A stretch of 64,000 bases of DNA, from positions 2,025,716-2,089,715 of the forward strand of contig NZ_CP034930.1 in NCBI RefSeq assembly GCF_004014855.1, read 5' to 3'. The notes beneath the pieces are model-generated. The model was not told the DNA's origin and searched no databases. It saw nothing but the letters and a program-made list of their open reading frames with translations. Made by a program: the position numbers and the translations under genes. This document shows, piece by piece, positions 18,124 to 28,986 of the stretch (positions are counted from its first letter, which is position 1; every line of letters begins with the position of its first letter). The stretch comes from Apibacter raozihei. Its GTDB lineage: Bacteria > Bacteroidota > Bacteroidia > Flavobacteriales > Weeksellaceae.

Positions 18124-18447
18124 ATGACAGATGTTTTAACGTGCCCGAAATGTTCCATGGAAAATGTGTATTTTGACGGTACTTCTTATGTTTGTCCGGA
18201 TTGTTTTTATGAGTGGTCCGGAGATGAAGCAGAAAATAATACTACTCCAAAGGATAGTAATGGTACGGAATTACAGGATGGGGATGCAGTAACGGTTATA
18301 AAAGATTTAAAAGTAAAAGGTTCATCTATGGTAATTAAGAGAGGTACTAAAGTGAAAAGTATCCGTTTGACCGATAATCCTGAAGAAGTGGATTGTAAAA
18401 TTGACGGATCAAGCATTGTGCTGAAAACCTGTTTTCTAAAGAAATAA
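18124..18447 (+). CDS. PhnA/YjdC-family zinc-ribbon protein
   Basis: 107 aa with CPKC..CPDC and a C-terminal DGDAVTVIKDLKVKGSS..KVKSIRL segment, closely resembling E. coli PhnA. Confidence 0.8.
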   Translation: MTDVLTCPKCSMENVYFDGTSYVCPDCFYEWSGDEAENNTTPKDSNGTELQDGDAVTVIKDLKVKGSSMVIKRGTKVKSIRLTDNPEEVDCKIDGSSIVLKTCFLKK

Positions 18448-18495
18448 TTATACACATATAGTATTGAAAAAAGAGTTAATGAATTAGCTCTTTTT

Positions 18496-19167
18496 TCAAT
18501 ATTTAAAGTTACCCATTAAAAATAAATAGAGTGCCTGAATAACTATATTAATTATAAAAAGGCCTAAAATCCACGTAAGTGTAAAACCACTTAAAAAAGT
18601 TTGCTTGATATACGAATCCACTTCTGAATAGAATAATTCATTAAACTCTCCTTTCGAATAATTCCCCGAATCAAATTTGACTTTACTTTGGTTTAATATA
18701 GAAACAAAAGGGATTTTATTTATTAAGTATGAAATAATAGCCTTTAATATCCAGGGAGTCTTATCCTGATAAGTCTGGTTAAGTGAATTTTTCCAATCAA
18801 TAGTTTTTTTTACATTGGTGTTGGTCAGCAATTTCTTAGATGAAGCATTGTAAGTCTTGGAGATAACAGAATTGCATATTTTTCTGAAAAAAGGCTCTAA
18901 ATAGGGATATGCGGTATTTAAACCCAGATTGATAGCGTATCTGTAATAAATAATCATGGCAAGAGCAATAAAAATGATTGCAATACAAAGACAGCCTAAG
19001 CACGAAAAAATTAGTGATTTGTAGGTTAAATTTAAAAATAACAAAGGATAGCATAAGGCTAAGATATTTAATGAAATAAATAACAAAAGCATTATTATAA
19101 ATGTAAAGATGACGCGTATGCCTAACATTTTTAAATCATTAAATGCTTTGGATATTTTTGATTTCAT
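18496..19167 (-). CDS. Hypothetical membrane protein
   Basis: 223 aa with several TM helices. Confidence 0.4.
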   Translation of the reverse strand: MKSKISKAFNDLKMLGIRVIFTFIIMLLLFISLNILALCYPLLFLNLTYKSLIFSCLGCLCIAIIFIALAMIIYYRYAINLGLNTAYPYLEPFFRKICNSVISKTYNASSKKLLTNTNVKKTIDWKNSLNQTYQDKTPWILKAIISYLINKIPFVSILNQSKVKFDSGNYSKGEFNELFYSEVDSYIKQTFLSGFTLTWILGLFIINIVIQALYLFLMGNFKY

Positions 19168-19359
19168 AGAATTACCATTTTGTATTTAATGCAAACATAT
19201 ATATTTTAGTTACAATTTTATAAAAATTATTCCAGAAATCATATAATTTATGTTCAATGCGAATAGATAAGCTTATCGCAAATTTCTTAGATAGAGATAA
19301 CTATCCCTAAATAATCAGTAGTTAGATAAAATAAACTAAAATTAAATTTTCATATAGCA

Positions 19360-19926
19360 TTAAATTACAGCTCTGACCCTGCTAAGAGTTTCGGGTGTCA
19401 TCAGCAAATACGAAGCAATATGTGCAATAGATACTCTTTTTGAAACAATAGGAAATTCTTTACAAAAGCGTTTATATCGATCATGTGAGTTTTCAAATCT
19501 CCATGAATCTGCTTTTTTTTGTGACACAATTAATTTGTATTCTAATATTGCCTGATATAAACAATTGATTTCAGGGTATTTGTTAGATAAAATTTTAAAT
19601 TTCTCATAATTAATACGATAAATGATAGAGGTTTCAATAGCTTCGATGTTAATATGTGTAGGTTCTTTTAGAAATAGACTTTCAAGACAAGTGGCAATAT
19701 CTCCCTCACACGAAAAATGTTCCGTGATGTCTCTTCCCTCTTTAAAATAGAATTGGCGAATAATTCCCTGTTCTATAAAATACATATAACGACTTGTTAG
19801 CCCCTGCTTTAAAATGATTTCATCTTTCTGATACTTTTTTCTTTCTACTATAGATATAAACTGATTAACTGATTGGGGAGAAAGAGTGACCTTATATTTA
19901 TCTATGAGTTTATGTATTGCATTCAT
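19360..19926 (-). CDS. Crp/Fnr-family transcriptional regulator
   Basis: 188 aa, a cNMP-binding-like beta-roll followed by a C-terminal HTH. Confidence 0.65.
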   Translation of the reverse strand: MNAIHKLIDKYKVTLSPQSVNQFISIVERKKYQKDEIILKQGLTSRYMYFIEQGIIRQFYFKEGRDITEHFSCEGDIATCLESLFLKEPTHINIEAIETSIIYRINYEKFKILSNKYPEINCLYQAILEYKLIVSQKKADSWRFENSHDRYKRFCKEFPIVSKRVSIAHIASYLLMTPETLSRVRAVI

Positions 19927-20061
19927 AATTGCAGTTTATAAAGTTCTTAAAAGTAGTGTATTTTATTTAACCTTCAGGATATTTTCGAAATTGACGAAGA
20001 TCATTTATTGATTATTGACAAGGGATTATATTTGTATTATAACTTAAGATAATATACTGTA

Positions 20062-20448
20062 ATGAAAATTGAACATTTAGCAATTTGGGTTGATGATATA
20101 GAATTAATTCGAAAATTTTATATGAAATATTTTAAAGTTACTTGCAGCGAAAGGTATAATAATCCTAAAAGAAATTTTACGTCATATTTTTTATCTTTTG
20201 GAGAAGATAAAACTCGAATTGAGTTAATGCATATTCCTGATATGAAAAATTCTGTAAATAGACAAAACTTAAAAGGATTAGCTCATTTTGCAATATCGGT
20301 AAGAAATAAAGATAAGGTAGATGCTTTTACTGAACGATTGAGAGCAGACGGTTTTACAATTGCAAGTGAACCAAGAACTACAGGTGATGGATATTACGAG
20401 AGCGCTGTTTTAGATCCGGAAGGCAACTACATAGAGATAACGGTATAA
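20062..20448 (+). CDS. VOC-family (glyoxalase/bleomycin-resistance fold) protein
   Basis: 128 aa; MKIEHLAIWVDDIE is a typical VOC N-terminus. Confidence 0.65.
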   Translation: MKIEHLAIWVDDIELIRKFYMKYFKVTCSERYNNPKRNFTSYFLSFGEDKTRIELMHIPDMKNSVNRQNLKGLAHFAISVRNKDKVDAFTERLRADGFTIASEPRTTGDGYYESAVLDPEGNYIEITV

Positions 20449-20491
20449 TATACGACATGTAATTAACTAAAAAGACTATATCTTTGTCTAC

Positions 20492-20797
20492 ATGTTTGCC
20501 AATCGTACAAAAAATTCATTAATTCTGTTATTTTTATTCTTTTTCTCTGTTTTTGCTGCAAGAGGACTGGAAGGGTTCAGATATTCAAATTATCGATGGA
20601 TTTATACCTGGGGAACTATGTTTTCTTTTTTTGTTCATTTTACTTCTGTTTTACTATCAATAATCAACTCAGTTGAAATTGTAATTAGTAAAAAAAAAAT
20701 TAAATTTAAATGGGGAGTTTTACTCATAAGCCTTTTTCCTTTATTATACTGGATATTGGGATTAGTATATATTTCAATGAAAAATTTGTCAGTTTAA
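20492..20797 (+). CDS. Small hypothetical membrane protein
   Basis: 101 aa with 3 TM helices. Confidence 0.3.
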   Translation: MFANRTKNSLILLFLFFFSVFAARGLEGFRYSNYRWIYTWGTMFSFFVHFTSVLLSIINSVEIVISKKKIKFKWGVLLISLFPLLYWILGLVYISMKNLSV

Positions 20798-20840
20798 AAA
20801 ATATATGTAAATTTGAACTGTAATTTAATTTGTTACAGTA

Positions 20841-21248
20841 ATGAATGACAGACATTTTATACTATCCATGCATATTTTAACTCTTATGGCTAAAAATTCA
20901 GATGAATGGCTTTCTTCTGAATTTATATCTGGAAGTATTAATGTTAACCCGGTTTTAGTAAGAAAAGAGTTATCCAACTTAAGTAAGCATGGTTTTATCC
21001 AAACCAAAGAAGGAAAAAACGGAGGGAGTAGATTAAACAAGCCGGCGGAAAAGATTATGTTGTCCGAAGTTTATGCTAGCGTGTACAATCAGACCTTATT
21101 AGGAAAGCTTCTGGCGGATCCTAATCCCAAATGTTGTGTAGGAAAGAAAATAAACGAAAATATTAATGAACTCAGCAGTTCCATTGAAGAAGTAGTACTT
21201 AAACAGCTACACACACAAAGTCTGATGGAATTCAGTGAAAAATTTTAA
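20841..21248 (+). CDS. Rrf2-family transcriptional regulator
   Basis: The N-terminal winged HTH matches Rrf2/BadM proteins (ILSMHILTLMAKNSDEWLSSEFISGSINVNPVLVRKELSNLSKHGFIQTKEGKNGG). Confidence 0.75.
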   Translation: MNDRHFILSMHILTLMAKNSDEWLSSEFISGSINVNPVLVRKELSNLSKHGFIQTKEGKNGGSRLNKPAEKIMLSEVYASVYNQTLLGKLLADPNPKCCVGKKINENINELSSSIEEVVLKQLHTQSLMEFSEKF

Positions 21249-21317
21249 TTTTTTTTTGACCTATACTGTAACATATAAAGTTTCAGTTTTAAATTTAAAT
21301 AATATATACATATAGTT

Positions 21318-21968
21318 ATGAAAAAAATAGTATTGATAGGAGCCACCGGATTTATTGGCTCTGAATTAGTAAACGAGTTACTTAACAGAGGATTTGAAGT
21401 AACAGCCATCGCTAGATCCGTTGAAAAAGTTAAAGTGAAAAGTGAACATTTAAAGGTAGTTAGCGTTGATATATTTGATAAAGAAAAGCTGGCAGAAGTT
21501 TTAAAAGGTAATGATGCCGTAATTAGTGCCTATAACCCCGGATGGACTAACCCGGAAATTTATGAAGATACAATAAAAGGATACCGTTCTATAATTGCCG
21601 CAGTAAAACTGGCAGGAATTAAGAGATTGCAAGTAGTAGGAGGTGCCGGTAGTTTATTGGTAGCACCAGGAAAAACAGTGGTAGATACCGGGGTAATTCC
21701 AGAGGAGATTCTTCCCGGAGTAAAATCATTGGCCTTGGTTTTAAAGGAGCAGTTTCTTCCGGAAAAAGATCTGGACTGGGTATTTTTCTCTCCGGCAGGA
21801 GTTATAGAACCGGGAGAACGGACCGAGAAATACCGTTTAGGCTTAGATGACCTGATTACAGATGAGCAAGGAAACAGTAAAATATCAGTACAGGACTATG
21901 CTAAAGCTATGGTAGATGAGCTAGAAACTCCTCAGCATCACCAGCAGAGAATGACAATCGGATATTAA
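21318..21968 (+). CDS. NAD(P)H-binding protein (atypical SDR, NmrA-like)
   Basis: MKKIVLIGATGFIGSELV is a Rossmann GxxGxxG N-terminus. Confidence 0.7.
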   Translation: MKKIVLIGATGFIGSELVNELLNRGFEVTAIARSVEKVKVKSEHLKVVSVDIFDKEKLAEVLKGNDAVISAYNPGWTNPEIYEDTIKGYRSIIAAVKLAGIKRLQVVGGAGSLLVAPGKTVVDTGVIPEEILPGVKSLALVLKEQFLPEKDLDWVFFSPAGVIEPGERTEKYRLGLDDLITDEQGNSKISVQDYAKAMVDELETPQHHQQRMTIGY

Positions 21969-21973
21969 AAAAA

Positions 21974-21998
21974 GGAGCTGTTTAGCTCCTTTTTTTTA
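21974..21998 (+). terminator. Rho-independent terminator GGAGCTGTTTAGCTCC plus T8
   Basis: Hairpin plus T-run immediately after the stop at 21968. Confidence 0.7.
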
Positions 21999-22196
21999 TC
22001 AAAAAAGCGGTAGATATAATTTCATAAAATAATTTTTTAACAGATGAAGAATGATATTTTATTCTGCTGTTGATTAAATTAATAGCTGTTAAAAATTTTA
22101 AAATATGACCCAAATATCTTTATTCAATATACTATTTATGAGTAAAATATTTGGAAATATGAACGTTGTTCATTAATTTTGTTTTAGAAATTTTCC

Positions 22197-22817
22197 ATGG
22201 GAACAGCAGAACGAAGACAAAAAGAAAAAGAAGACCTTAAAAATTCCATACTCGAAGCAGCCAAAGAACTTTTTATTGAAAAAGGATTGGAACATACGAC
22301 GATTCGCAATATTGCGGAAAAAATAGATTACAGCGTAGGTACTGTATATCTTTATTTTAAAGACAAGGATTCTATACTATTTGAGATCAATAAGTCCGGA
22401 TTCGGCCTTTTGAAGCAGTATATGGCAGAAGCTGTTTCCAATACGGAAGATGCATTTCAACAATTGACAGACATAGCACATGCGTATGTTAAATTTGCTT
22501 TAGAAAACAGAGAGCTTTACGATCTCATGTTTATTATGACAGCACCTATAGATCATGTTTATAAGCACTGCGATGGAGAAGGGTGGGAAGGTCAGGATGC
22601 ATTTGGATTTTTGCAGACTATCATTCAACGATGTTTGGACAATGAAATGATTCAGGATGGAGAACCAGATGTACTTGCAGTTTTATTTTGGAGTACAGTA
22701 CACGGAATGAGTTCTTTATATATTAGAAATCGATTAAATGTAATTGAAGAGGCTAATATTAAAAATATCATGAATTATGAAGTGTTAGACGCTTTTATAA
22801 AACTGATAAAAAAATAA
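22197..22817 (+). CDS. TetR/AcrR-family transcriptional regulator
   Basis: The N-terminal HTH (TTIRNIAEKIDYSVGTVYLYF) is typical TetR. It lies upstream of the efflux operon. Confidence 0.8.
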   Translation: MGTAERRQKEKEDLKNSILEAAKELFIEKGLEHTTIRNIAEKIDYSVGTVYLYFKDKDSILFEINKSGFGLLKQYMAEAVSNTEDAFQQLTDIAHAYVKFALENRELYDLMFIMTAPIDHVYKHCDGEGWEGQDAFGFLQTIIQRCLDNEMIQDGEPDVLAVLFWSTVHGMSSLYIRNRLNVIEEANIKNIMNYEVLDAFIKLIKK

Positions 22818-22900
22818 AATTTTTTGCCTAATGACTAAACATTGTTCAATAAAAAATCAACGTTTATTTTCGTATTATTATAATAATTAATTTCAAAACT

Positions 22901-24319
22901 ATGATAATGAAAAATTTTTTTTACTACCTATATGAACAAGGTTCATATTATAAACATAGATTATCTATGTGGATTTTAGCAATTTCAAGTTGTATTATTT
23001 CATTAAATGCTAATTACTTGAAAGGTCAGGTATTTTTGGAAGAATACCTGAAAGAAGGGCTTAATAATAATGAAAGTATAAAGCAGCAAACTTTTCTTTT
23101 AAAAAAAAATATGTATTCGCTAAAAGAAGCTCGTGCTCTATTTTTTCCAACTTTATCACTTGAAGGAAATTATTCTTACGCGAAAGGAGGCAGAGCTATA
23201 GAACTACCCATAGGAGATTTACTAAATCCTATTTATTCTACGTTAAATGAACTCTCTACCAGTGCGCAATTTTCAGAGGTAAATAATATTAGTGAACAAC
23301 TCAATCCAAAAAACTATTATGACAGTAAAATCAGATGGTCTCTTCCCATAATTAATTCGGAAATCTACTACAATCAAAAGATTCAAAAATCAGCTTTTAA
23401 CATGCAACAACTAGAATTACAAATATATAAGAGAGAGCTGGTAAAAGATATTAAAATAGCTTATTACCAATTTTGTCAGATGACAGAAGAAATAAATATA
23501 TATGAGAATGGAGTAAAACTAGCAAAAGAGGGATCACGAATAAATGAATCTATGTTCAAAAATGGTAAAGTAAATAGATCAGTAGTGTTGAGATCAGAAA
23601 ATGAAGTAAGCAAAAATGAAGAAAATTTATTTTCAGCAAAACTAAAATTAAAAAATACTCAGGCTTATTTTAACTTTTTACTAAACAAACCTTTTGATAG
23701 TCATATTAGCTTCATTGATTTCGAAATTTCAGATATAAATAAGGATGAAATTAATGAAGATAGCTTAGGAGAAAGAGAAGAACTTCAAAAACTTGATTTT
23801 GCCAGTAAAATATACAACTATGAGAACCAGAGTGCAAAAAGCTATTATCTACCTAAAATGAACGCTTTTTTTGATATAGGTTCGCAAGGTATCGATTGGA
23901 GATTTAATCAAAATACTCGCTATTATATGGTGGGAGTATCACTAATTTGGAAATTGTCATTAGGAGGAGAAGAACTATATAAAATAAAAAAGTCCAAAGC
24001 AAATTTGGAAATAATAAAATCAAAGCAAGATGAAGCAGAAAGGCAGCTTAAGCTACAACTATTGACAGCTATAAACTCATATAAAGAAGTCGTCAACAGT
24101 TTTTATGCTATACAAAAACGACTATCAGCAGCTCAAAAGTACTATAAAGAAGTTGAAAAGCAATTTAAAGAAGGAATGGCATTATATATAGAATTTCTTG
24201 ATGCACAAAATCAATTTATCAATACGAATCTGTTATACAATATCTCGTATTACGATATAAAAATAAAATACGCTGAAGTAGAGAGAGCTAGTGCCAGTAT
24301 TAACTTATCAAACTATTAA
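22901..24319 (+). CDS. TolC-family outer-membrane efflux protein
   Basis: 472 aa. It is the first gene of the TolC-MFP-RND operon and has coiled-coil repeats. Confidence 0.75.
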   Translation: MIMKNFFYYLYEQGSYYKHRLSMWILAISSCIISLNANYLKGQVFLEEYLKEGLNNNESIKQQTFLLKKNMYSLKEARALFFPTLSLEGNYSYAKGGRAIELPIGDLLNPIYSTLNELSTSAQFSEVNNISEQLNPKNYYDSKIRWSLPIINSEIYYNQKIQKSAFNMQQLELQIYKRELVKDIKIAYYQFCQMTEEINIYENGVKLAKEGSRINESMFKNGKVNRSVVLRSENEVSKNEENLFSAKLKLKNTQAYFNFLLNKPFDSHISFIDFEISDINKDEINEDSLGEREELQKLDFASKIYNYENQSAKSYYLPKMNAFFDIGSQGIDWRFNQNTRYYMVGVSLIWKLSLGGEELYKIKKSKANLEIIKSKQDEAERQLKLQLLTAINSYKEVVNSFYAIQKRLSAAQKYYKEVEKQFKEGMALYIEFLDAQNQFINTNLLYNISYYDIKIKYAEVERASASINLSNY

Positions 24320-24322
24320 AAA

Positions 24323-25375
24323 ATGAAAAAAATAGAAATTATAATATTTCCTGTTATTATGCTTTTATTTACTGCATGCGCCAGAAATAAAGATCAACAC
24401 AAAGCAGATTTTAAGGAAAATATGGAAACAATTCCTGTTAAAATTATAGGTATAGAGAAGAAAAGTATAATTCCTGAAATTAAAGCTTATGGAATAATAA
24501 AAACACAAGAAGATGTAAAGATGTCTTTTAATATGAATGGAAGAATAAAGCGGATGTATGCAAGACAAGGAGAGTATGTACGAAAAGGACAACTCTTGGC
24601 AGAGTTGGAGCTTACAGAATTAATGGCACAAGTTGATCAGGCAACTGAAAGTTATAACAAGGCGGTCAGAGATTTCAAACGACTTCAGAATTTAAGAACA
24701 GATTCAGCAGCTACTCTTGAACAGATACAAAATGCTGAAACAACCATGAATATAGCTCGCGAATCTTTAAAAATATTAGCATATAATAAAGCGTATACAG
24801 TGATAAAAGCACCGGAAAATGGAGTTGTTTTACAAAAGATGAATAATGAAGGAGAGTTTGTTAATGCTGGGAGTCCAGTTTATATGGTGAGCTCTGAAAA
24901 AAATAATGAATTTATTATAAAAGTTTCCTTAACAGCCAACGAACGTTTGTTAGTAGCAGTTGGAGATTATGCAGAGATAGAATTGGAAGGAAAATTGAAT
25001 AATAAATTTAAGGGTAAAGTTAAACATATTGCCCATAATGCAGATTATTCCACAGGTTTATATACTGTAGATATTCAAATAAACCAAAATTCCGAAAGCA
25101 TATCCGTAGGGTTGTTTGCTACAGTAAATATTATTCCGGAAAGATCAATTGCCTATTACACTTTACCCCTTGAATGTTTAATAGAGGGTAACAATAAGAA
25201 AGGTTTTGTATATGTACCCAAAGAAAACAAAAGGGTTGAAAAAGTAGAACTGGATATAGACTTCATTGATAAAGGCTTATTTTATTTCAAAAAAAAGCCG
25301 GAGTATATTAATACAGTAATAAAAGAAGGTGCAGGATTTTTATCCTCCGGTTCCAGGGTGTCAATTAACCAATAA
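24323..25375 (+). CDS. Efflux RND periplasmic adaptor subunit (HlyD/MFP family)
   Basis: 350 aa with a lipoprotein-like N-terminus and coiled-coil/lipoyl-like regions. It sits between the TolC and RND genes. Confidence 0.8.
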   Translation: MKKIEIIIFPVIMLLFTACARNKDQHKADFKENMETIPVKIIGIEKKSIIPEIKAYGIIKTQEDVKMSFNMNGRIKRMYARQGEYVRKGQLLAELELTELMAQVDQATESYNKAVRDFKRLQNLRTDSAATLEQIQNAETTMNIARESLKILAYNKAYTVIKAPENGVVLQKMNNEGEFVNAGSPVYMVSSEKNNEFIIKVSLTANERLLVAVGDYAEIELEGKLNNKFKGKVKHIAHNADYSTGLYTVDIQINQNSESISVGLFATVNIIPERSIAYYTLPLECLIEGNNKKGFVYVPKENKRVEKVELDIDFIDKGLFYFKKKPEYINTVIKEGAGFLSSGSRVSINQ

Positions 25376-25397
25376 GAAATACAAACTATTATTCACT

Positions 25398-28300
25398 ATG
25401 AATTCATTTTTAAAATTTTTCTTAGAAAGAAGTTCTCTGACTTTGCTTATTGTTTTAGGAATCTTAGCTTTAGGATGGACAACGTTGAACAACATGCCCA
25501 GAAGTGAAGATCCTGAAATCAAATATGCTTATTATGTTATAGTTACAGCAATGCCGGGAGCAATGCCTAATGAAATTCAGGAACGAATTGTAAAACCGAT
25601 AGAAGATCGTTTTTACGAACTGGAGGATGTGAAAGAAATTAAAGCTCAGATATGGAGTGATATTGCAGTTACTACTATAGAATATAAATACGGAGTTGAT
25701 GGAGATAGTAAATATCAGGAAGTTGTAAGAGAAATGGAGATTGTTAGAAATCAAAAACTTCCGAATAATGCATACATCCTTAGCATCGAACATTTTAAAA
25801 ACAGTGATGTCAATATTTTTCAACTGGCCTTACAATCCAAAGGAGCAGATTATAAAGAATTAGAAAAATATGCTGTAAAGTTAAAAGATGTTTTAAGAAC
25901 AGTAGAGGGTCTTAAAAATATAAAAACTCACGGTTATCCTGAGCAGGAAATAAGAGTTGAGCTTGATATTAATAAAATTGCCAATTATCATATTCCGGTC
26001 TCTCAAATTATTAATTATTTAAAACGTGAAAGTTTTAATATATCAGCAGGTAACGTAGTATCGGGAAATTCAGTTTTTAGTGTAAAAGCAGGTAATAAAT
26101 ATCAATCAGTAGAGCAGATAGCCAATACCATAGTTTATACTAAAAATAAGACAAACCTAAAGCTTAAAGATATTGCAACCGTAAAAAGAACATATAAAGA
26201 AGAAGACCACATAATCAGGCTTAATGGTCTGCAATCGGCTTTGGTTACAGCATCATTAAAAGAAGGGTATAATATAGTATCAGTCGCAGATGAAGCAAAA
26301 GATAAAATATCCTCCTTTGAAAAAAACTTACCAGATACCATTAAACTTGAAACAAACTTTGATCAATCGAGTAGTGTGGAAAAAAGATTAAAACAGTTGG
26401 GTGGTGATTTTATAATTGCTCTTTTTTTGGTAATAATAACTCTTCTGCCTTTAGGCTTCAGATCTACGTTGGTTGTTATTATATCCATTCCTCTGTCATT
26501 AGCAATAGCTTTAGTAGCTTTAAACCTGTTAGGATACAATCTTAATCAATTAAGTATTGTAGGATTGATTATTTCACTGGGTATATTGGTAGATGATTCC
26601 ATTGTTGTTAACGAGAATATTGAAAGGACGGTACGTTCTGGTCTACCTTTAAAAAAAGCTATTTTAACCAGTACCCATCAAATATCTTTTGCTGTGATAG
26701 GAGTTACGGCTACCTTGATTATAGCATTTATGCCTATAGTTTTTTTACCCGAAGGCACCGGTGAATTTATAAGATCATTGCCTATGGCAGTAATCCTGGC
26801 GGTGTCAGCTTCCTTATTTGTATCCCTGGCCATTGTCCCGTTTCTTTCAAGTAAAATATTAACAGATAAAACTAATCCTCAAGGCAACATATTTTTGAGA
26901 GCCGTAAAAAAAGGAATAGATTTAACCTATAGTAAAATCATCAGAATTTCTTTAAAATATCCCGTACGGGCAGCTCTTTCAGTCATGCTTATTACTCTTT
27001 TAGGTTTTTCTGTTGTTCCCATGATGGGATTTTCACTATTCCCTAAATCGGATAAACCCCAATTTTATATGGAAATTGAAACAACTCCAAATTCATCATT
27101 GGAATACACAAATTTAAAAGCCAAAGAAGTTGAAAAAGCCTTAGCAACAGAAAAAGACATTCAATATTTTACCACTAATGTAGGAAAGGGTAATCCCAGA
27201 GTTTATTACAATGTCAATCCTATGCAGACTATGAATAATTATGCTGAGATATTTGTTCAATGCTATGAAGATATTTCCGTAGAGGAAAAAACTGAAATTA
27301 TAAAAAGACTGCGAAAGAAATTAGAAAATGTATCAGATAGTAAAATCAGAATAAAAGAATATGAACAAGGACCCGCATTAGAAGCACCAACTGCTATACG
27401 GCTATATGGAGAGAATATAGATACACTACAGGCATATTCGGTTAAAATTGAAGATATAATAAAAAAGGTTGAAGGTACTAACTATGTTCAAAATCCAATA
27501 CTGATAACAAAGACAGGCTTACAAATTATTATAAACAAAGAAAAAGCAGCTCTGTTGGGAGTTAACCCTACCAATATAGATCTTGCGGTACAAATGGCAA
27601 TTGCCGGAATTGATGCCGGAGAAATTGAGTTGGAATATGTAGAAAATAAATCAGGTATAAGATTGACTTTACCCCGAAACAAACAACAAACTGCCGAAGT
27701 ATTTGACAAAATATACATCCAATCTGATACTGGAGAATCAATTCCCTTTCAATCTGTAGCAACTATAGTTTTTGAAAAAACTCCAAGTACACTTACACGT
27801 ATCAACAAAGAACAATATACCCTTATTACAGCTTCTGCTATAGAAGGATACTTATATGATAATATAAACAATGAAATTATTGAAAAACTAAATACGTTAG
27901 ATTTACCAAACGGTTATAGATGGTCAGCTGCAGGAGAAAAAGAAAATCAACAAAGAGCATTTAACGGTTTTGGCATAGTGTTGATTATTTCTTTTATAGC
28001 TTTTATATCAGCCTTGATTTTAGAATTTAAAAATTTTAAATCCATTCTTATTGTATTATCTGTTATTCCTTTAGGAATTATGGGAGGAATATGGGCACTA
28101 TTTATTACGGGACACCCGCTCTCATTTATTTCAATGGTAGGTTTTATAGCTTTAATAGGTATTGAGATAAAAAACTCGATCCTTCTGGTTGATTATACCC
28201 ACTACTTGAGAAAAGAAGAAAAAATGTCCGTCACAGATGCTGTTGCACATGCCGGTGAAGTTAGGTTTATACCTATATTTTTAACCACTATGACTGCTGT

Positions 28301-28454
28301 AGCCGGTATGATACCGCTTGTGATACAATACTCTCCATTATACAGTCCATTGGCATTAGTCATTATAGGGGGATTGATAAGCTCCTTATTATTATCACGC
28401 ATTCTAACTCCAGTTTTGTATAAACTATTATCACCTGCCCTGGAAAAAGAATAA
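25398..28454 (+). CDS. Efflux RND transporter permease (AcrB/HAE1-like)
   Basis: About 1019 aa, 12 TM helices and two large periplasmic loops. The start is taken as MNSFLKFF at 25398 rather than the overlapping 25329. Confidence 0.85.
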   Translation: MNSFLKFFLERSSLTLLIVLGILALGWTTLNNMPRSEDPEIKYAYYVIVTAMPGAMPNEIQERIVKPIEDRFYELEDVKEIKAQIWSDIAVTTIEYKYGVDGDSKYQEVVREMEIVRNQKLPNNAYILSIEHFKNSDVNIFQLALQSKGADYKELEKYAVKLKDVLRTVEGLKNIKTHGYPEQEIRVELDINKIANYHIPVSQIINYLKRESFNISAGNVVSGNSVFSVKAGNKYQSVEQIANTIVYTKNKTNLKLKDIATVKRTYKEEDHIIRLNGLQSALVTASLKEGYNIVSVADEAKDKISSFEKNLPDTIKLETNFDQSSSVEKRLKQLGGDFIIALFLVIITLLPLGFRSTLVVIISIPLSLAIALVALNLLGYNLNQLSIVGLIISLGILVDDSIVVNENIERTVRSGLPLKKAILTSTHQISFAVIGVTATLIIAFMPIVFLPEGTGEFIRSLPMAVILAVSASLFVSLAIVPFLSSKILTDKTNPQGNIFLRAVKKGIDLTYSKIIRISLKYPVRAALSVMLITLLGFSVVPMMGFSLFPKSDKPQFYMEIETTPNSSLEYTNLKAKEVEKALATEKDIQYFTTNVGKGNPRVYYNVNPMQTMNNYAEIFVQCYEDISVEEKTEIIKRLRKKLENVSDSKIRIKEYEQGPALEAPTAIRLYGENIDTLQAYSVKIEDIIKKVEGTNYVQNPILITKTGLQIIINKEKAALLGVNPTNIDLAVQMAIAGIDAGEIELEYVENKSGIRLTLPRNKQQTAEVFDKIYIQSDTGESIPFQSVATIVFEKTPSTLTRINKEQYTLITASAIEGYLYDNINNEIIEKLNTLDLPNGYRWSAAGEKENQQRAFNGFGIVLIISFIAFISALILEFKNFKSILIVLSVIPLGIMGGIWALFITGHPLSFISMVGFIALIGIEIKNSILLVDYTHYLRKEEKMSVTDAVAHAGEVRFIPIFLTTMTAVAGMIPLVIQYSPLYSPLALVIIGGLISSLLLSRILTPVLYKLLSPALEKE

Positions 28455-28465
28455 GATTTTACTTT

Positions 28466-28498
28466 ATTATTCGGGTAGAAATATTCTACCCGAATAAT
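28466..28498. repeat. Perfect 15-bp inverted repeat ATTATTCGGGTAGAA-ATA-TTCTACCCGAATAAT just after the RND stop
   Basis: Seen directly in the sequence. There is no T-run, so it may be an operator or a stem-loop. Confidence 0.5.
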
Positions 28499-28641
28499 TA
28501 TCCGTTAAAATTTAATTCATATACCTTATTTACACTGAAAACATTAAAAATAGGTTTTATAATTACCAGGCAAAAATATTATATAAATAATAACCGAAAT
28601 TATATAAAACGTAATATGCCCTGATCCTTTAGTTTTGTAAA

Positions 28642-28986
28642 ATGCTTCTGATTAAGAAACCATTTCCAATAATTTTGTTTCTGCTATTCCTGTTTTCAGT
28701 GAATATTGTACAGTCAGTCTATAGGGGTAACGAACTCTACACACAGAAGCACCAGTCAAGAGAATGCTGTAAGAAAGAAAAAGATACTCATTGCAAAACA
28801 ACAGATACCAAAAACCGGCTATGCATAAACAATTCTTGCCATGCCACAGGTTTATTTGTTACAAAAGCACCAGTCTACACACTTTTCATCAATACTTTAA
28901 AAAAGTATACGTTAAAAATAAATAAATTACAATTTTTTCAATTGCAGCAGGTATATTTTGTTGCCTGGCAGCCTCCGGAATTCTAG
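28642..28986 (+). CDS. Small hypothetical secreted Cys/His-rich protein
   Basis: 114 aa with a signal peptide and 7 Cys. It lies upstream of the multicopper oxidase. Low-confidence gene call. Confidence 0.3.
   Translation: MLLIKKPFPIILFLLFLFSVNIVQSVYRGNELYTQKHQSRECCKKEKDTHCKTTDTKNRLCINNSCHATGLFVTKAPVYTLFINTLKKYTLKINKLQFFQLQQVYFVAWQPPEF

Noticed and set aside
25329-25397. Upstream start of the RND permease, overlapping the adaptor gene by 47 bp
   Set aside because: The first 23 codons are not RND-like. MNSFLKFF at 25398 gives the canonical N-terminal TM1 and normal spacing.
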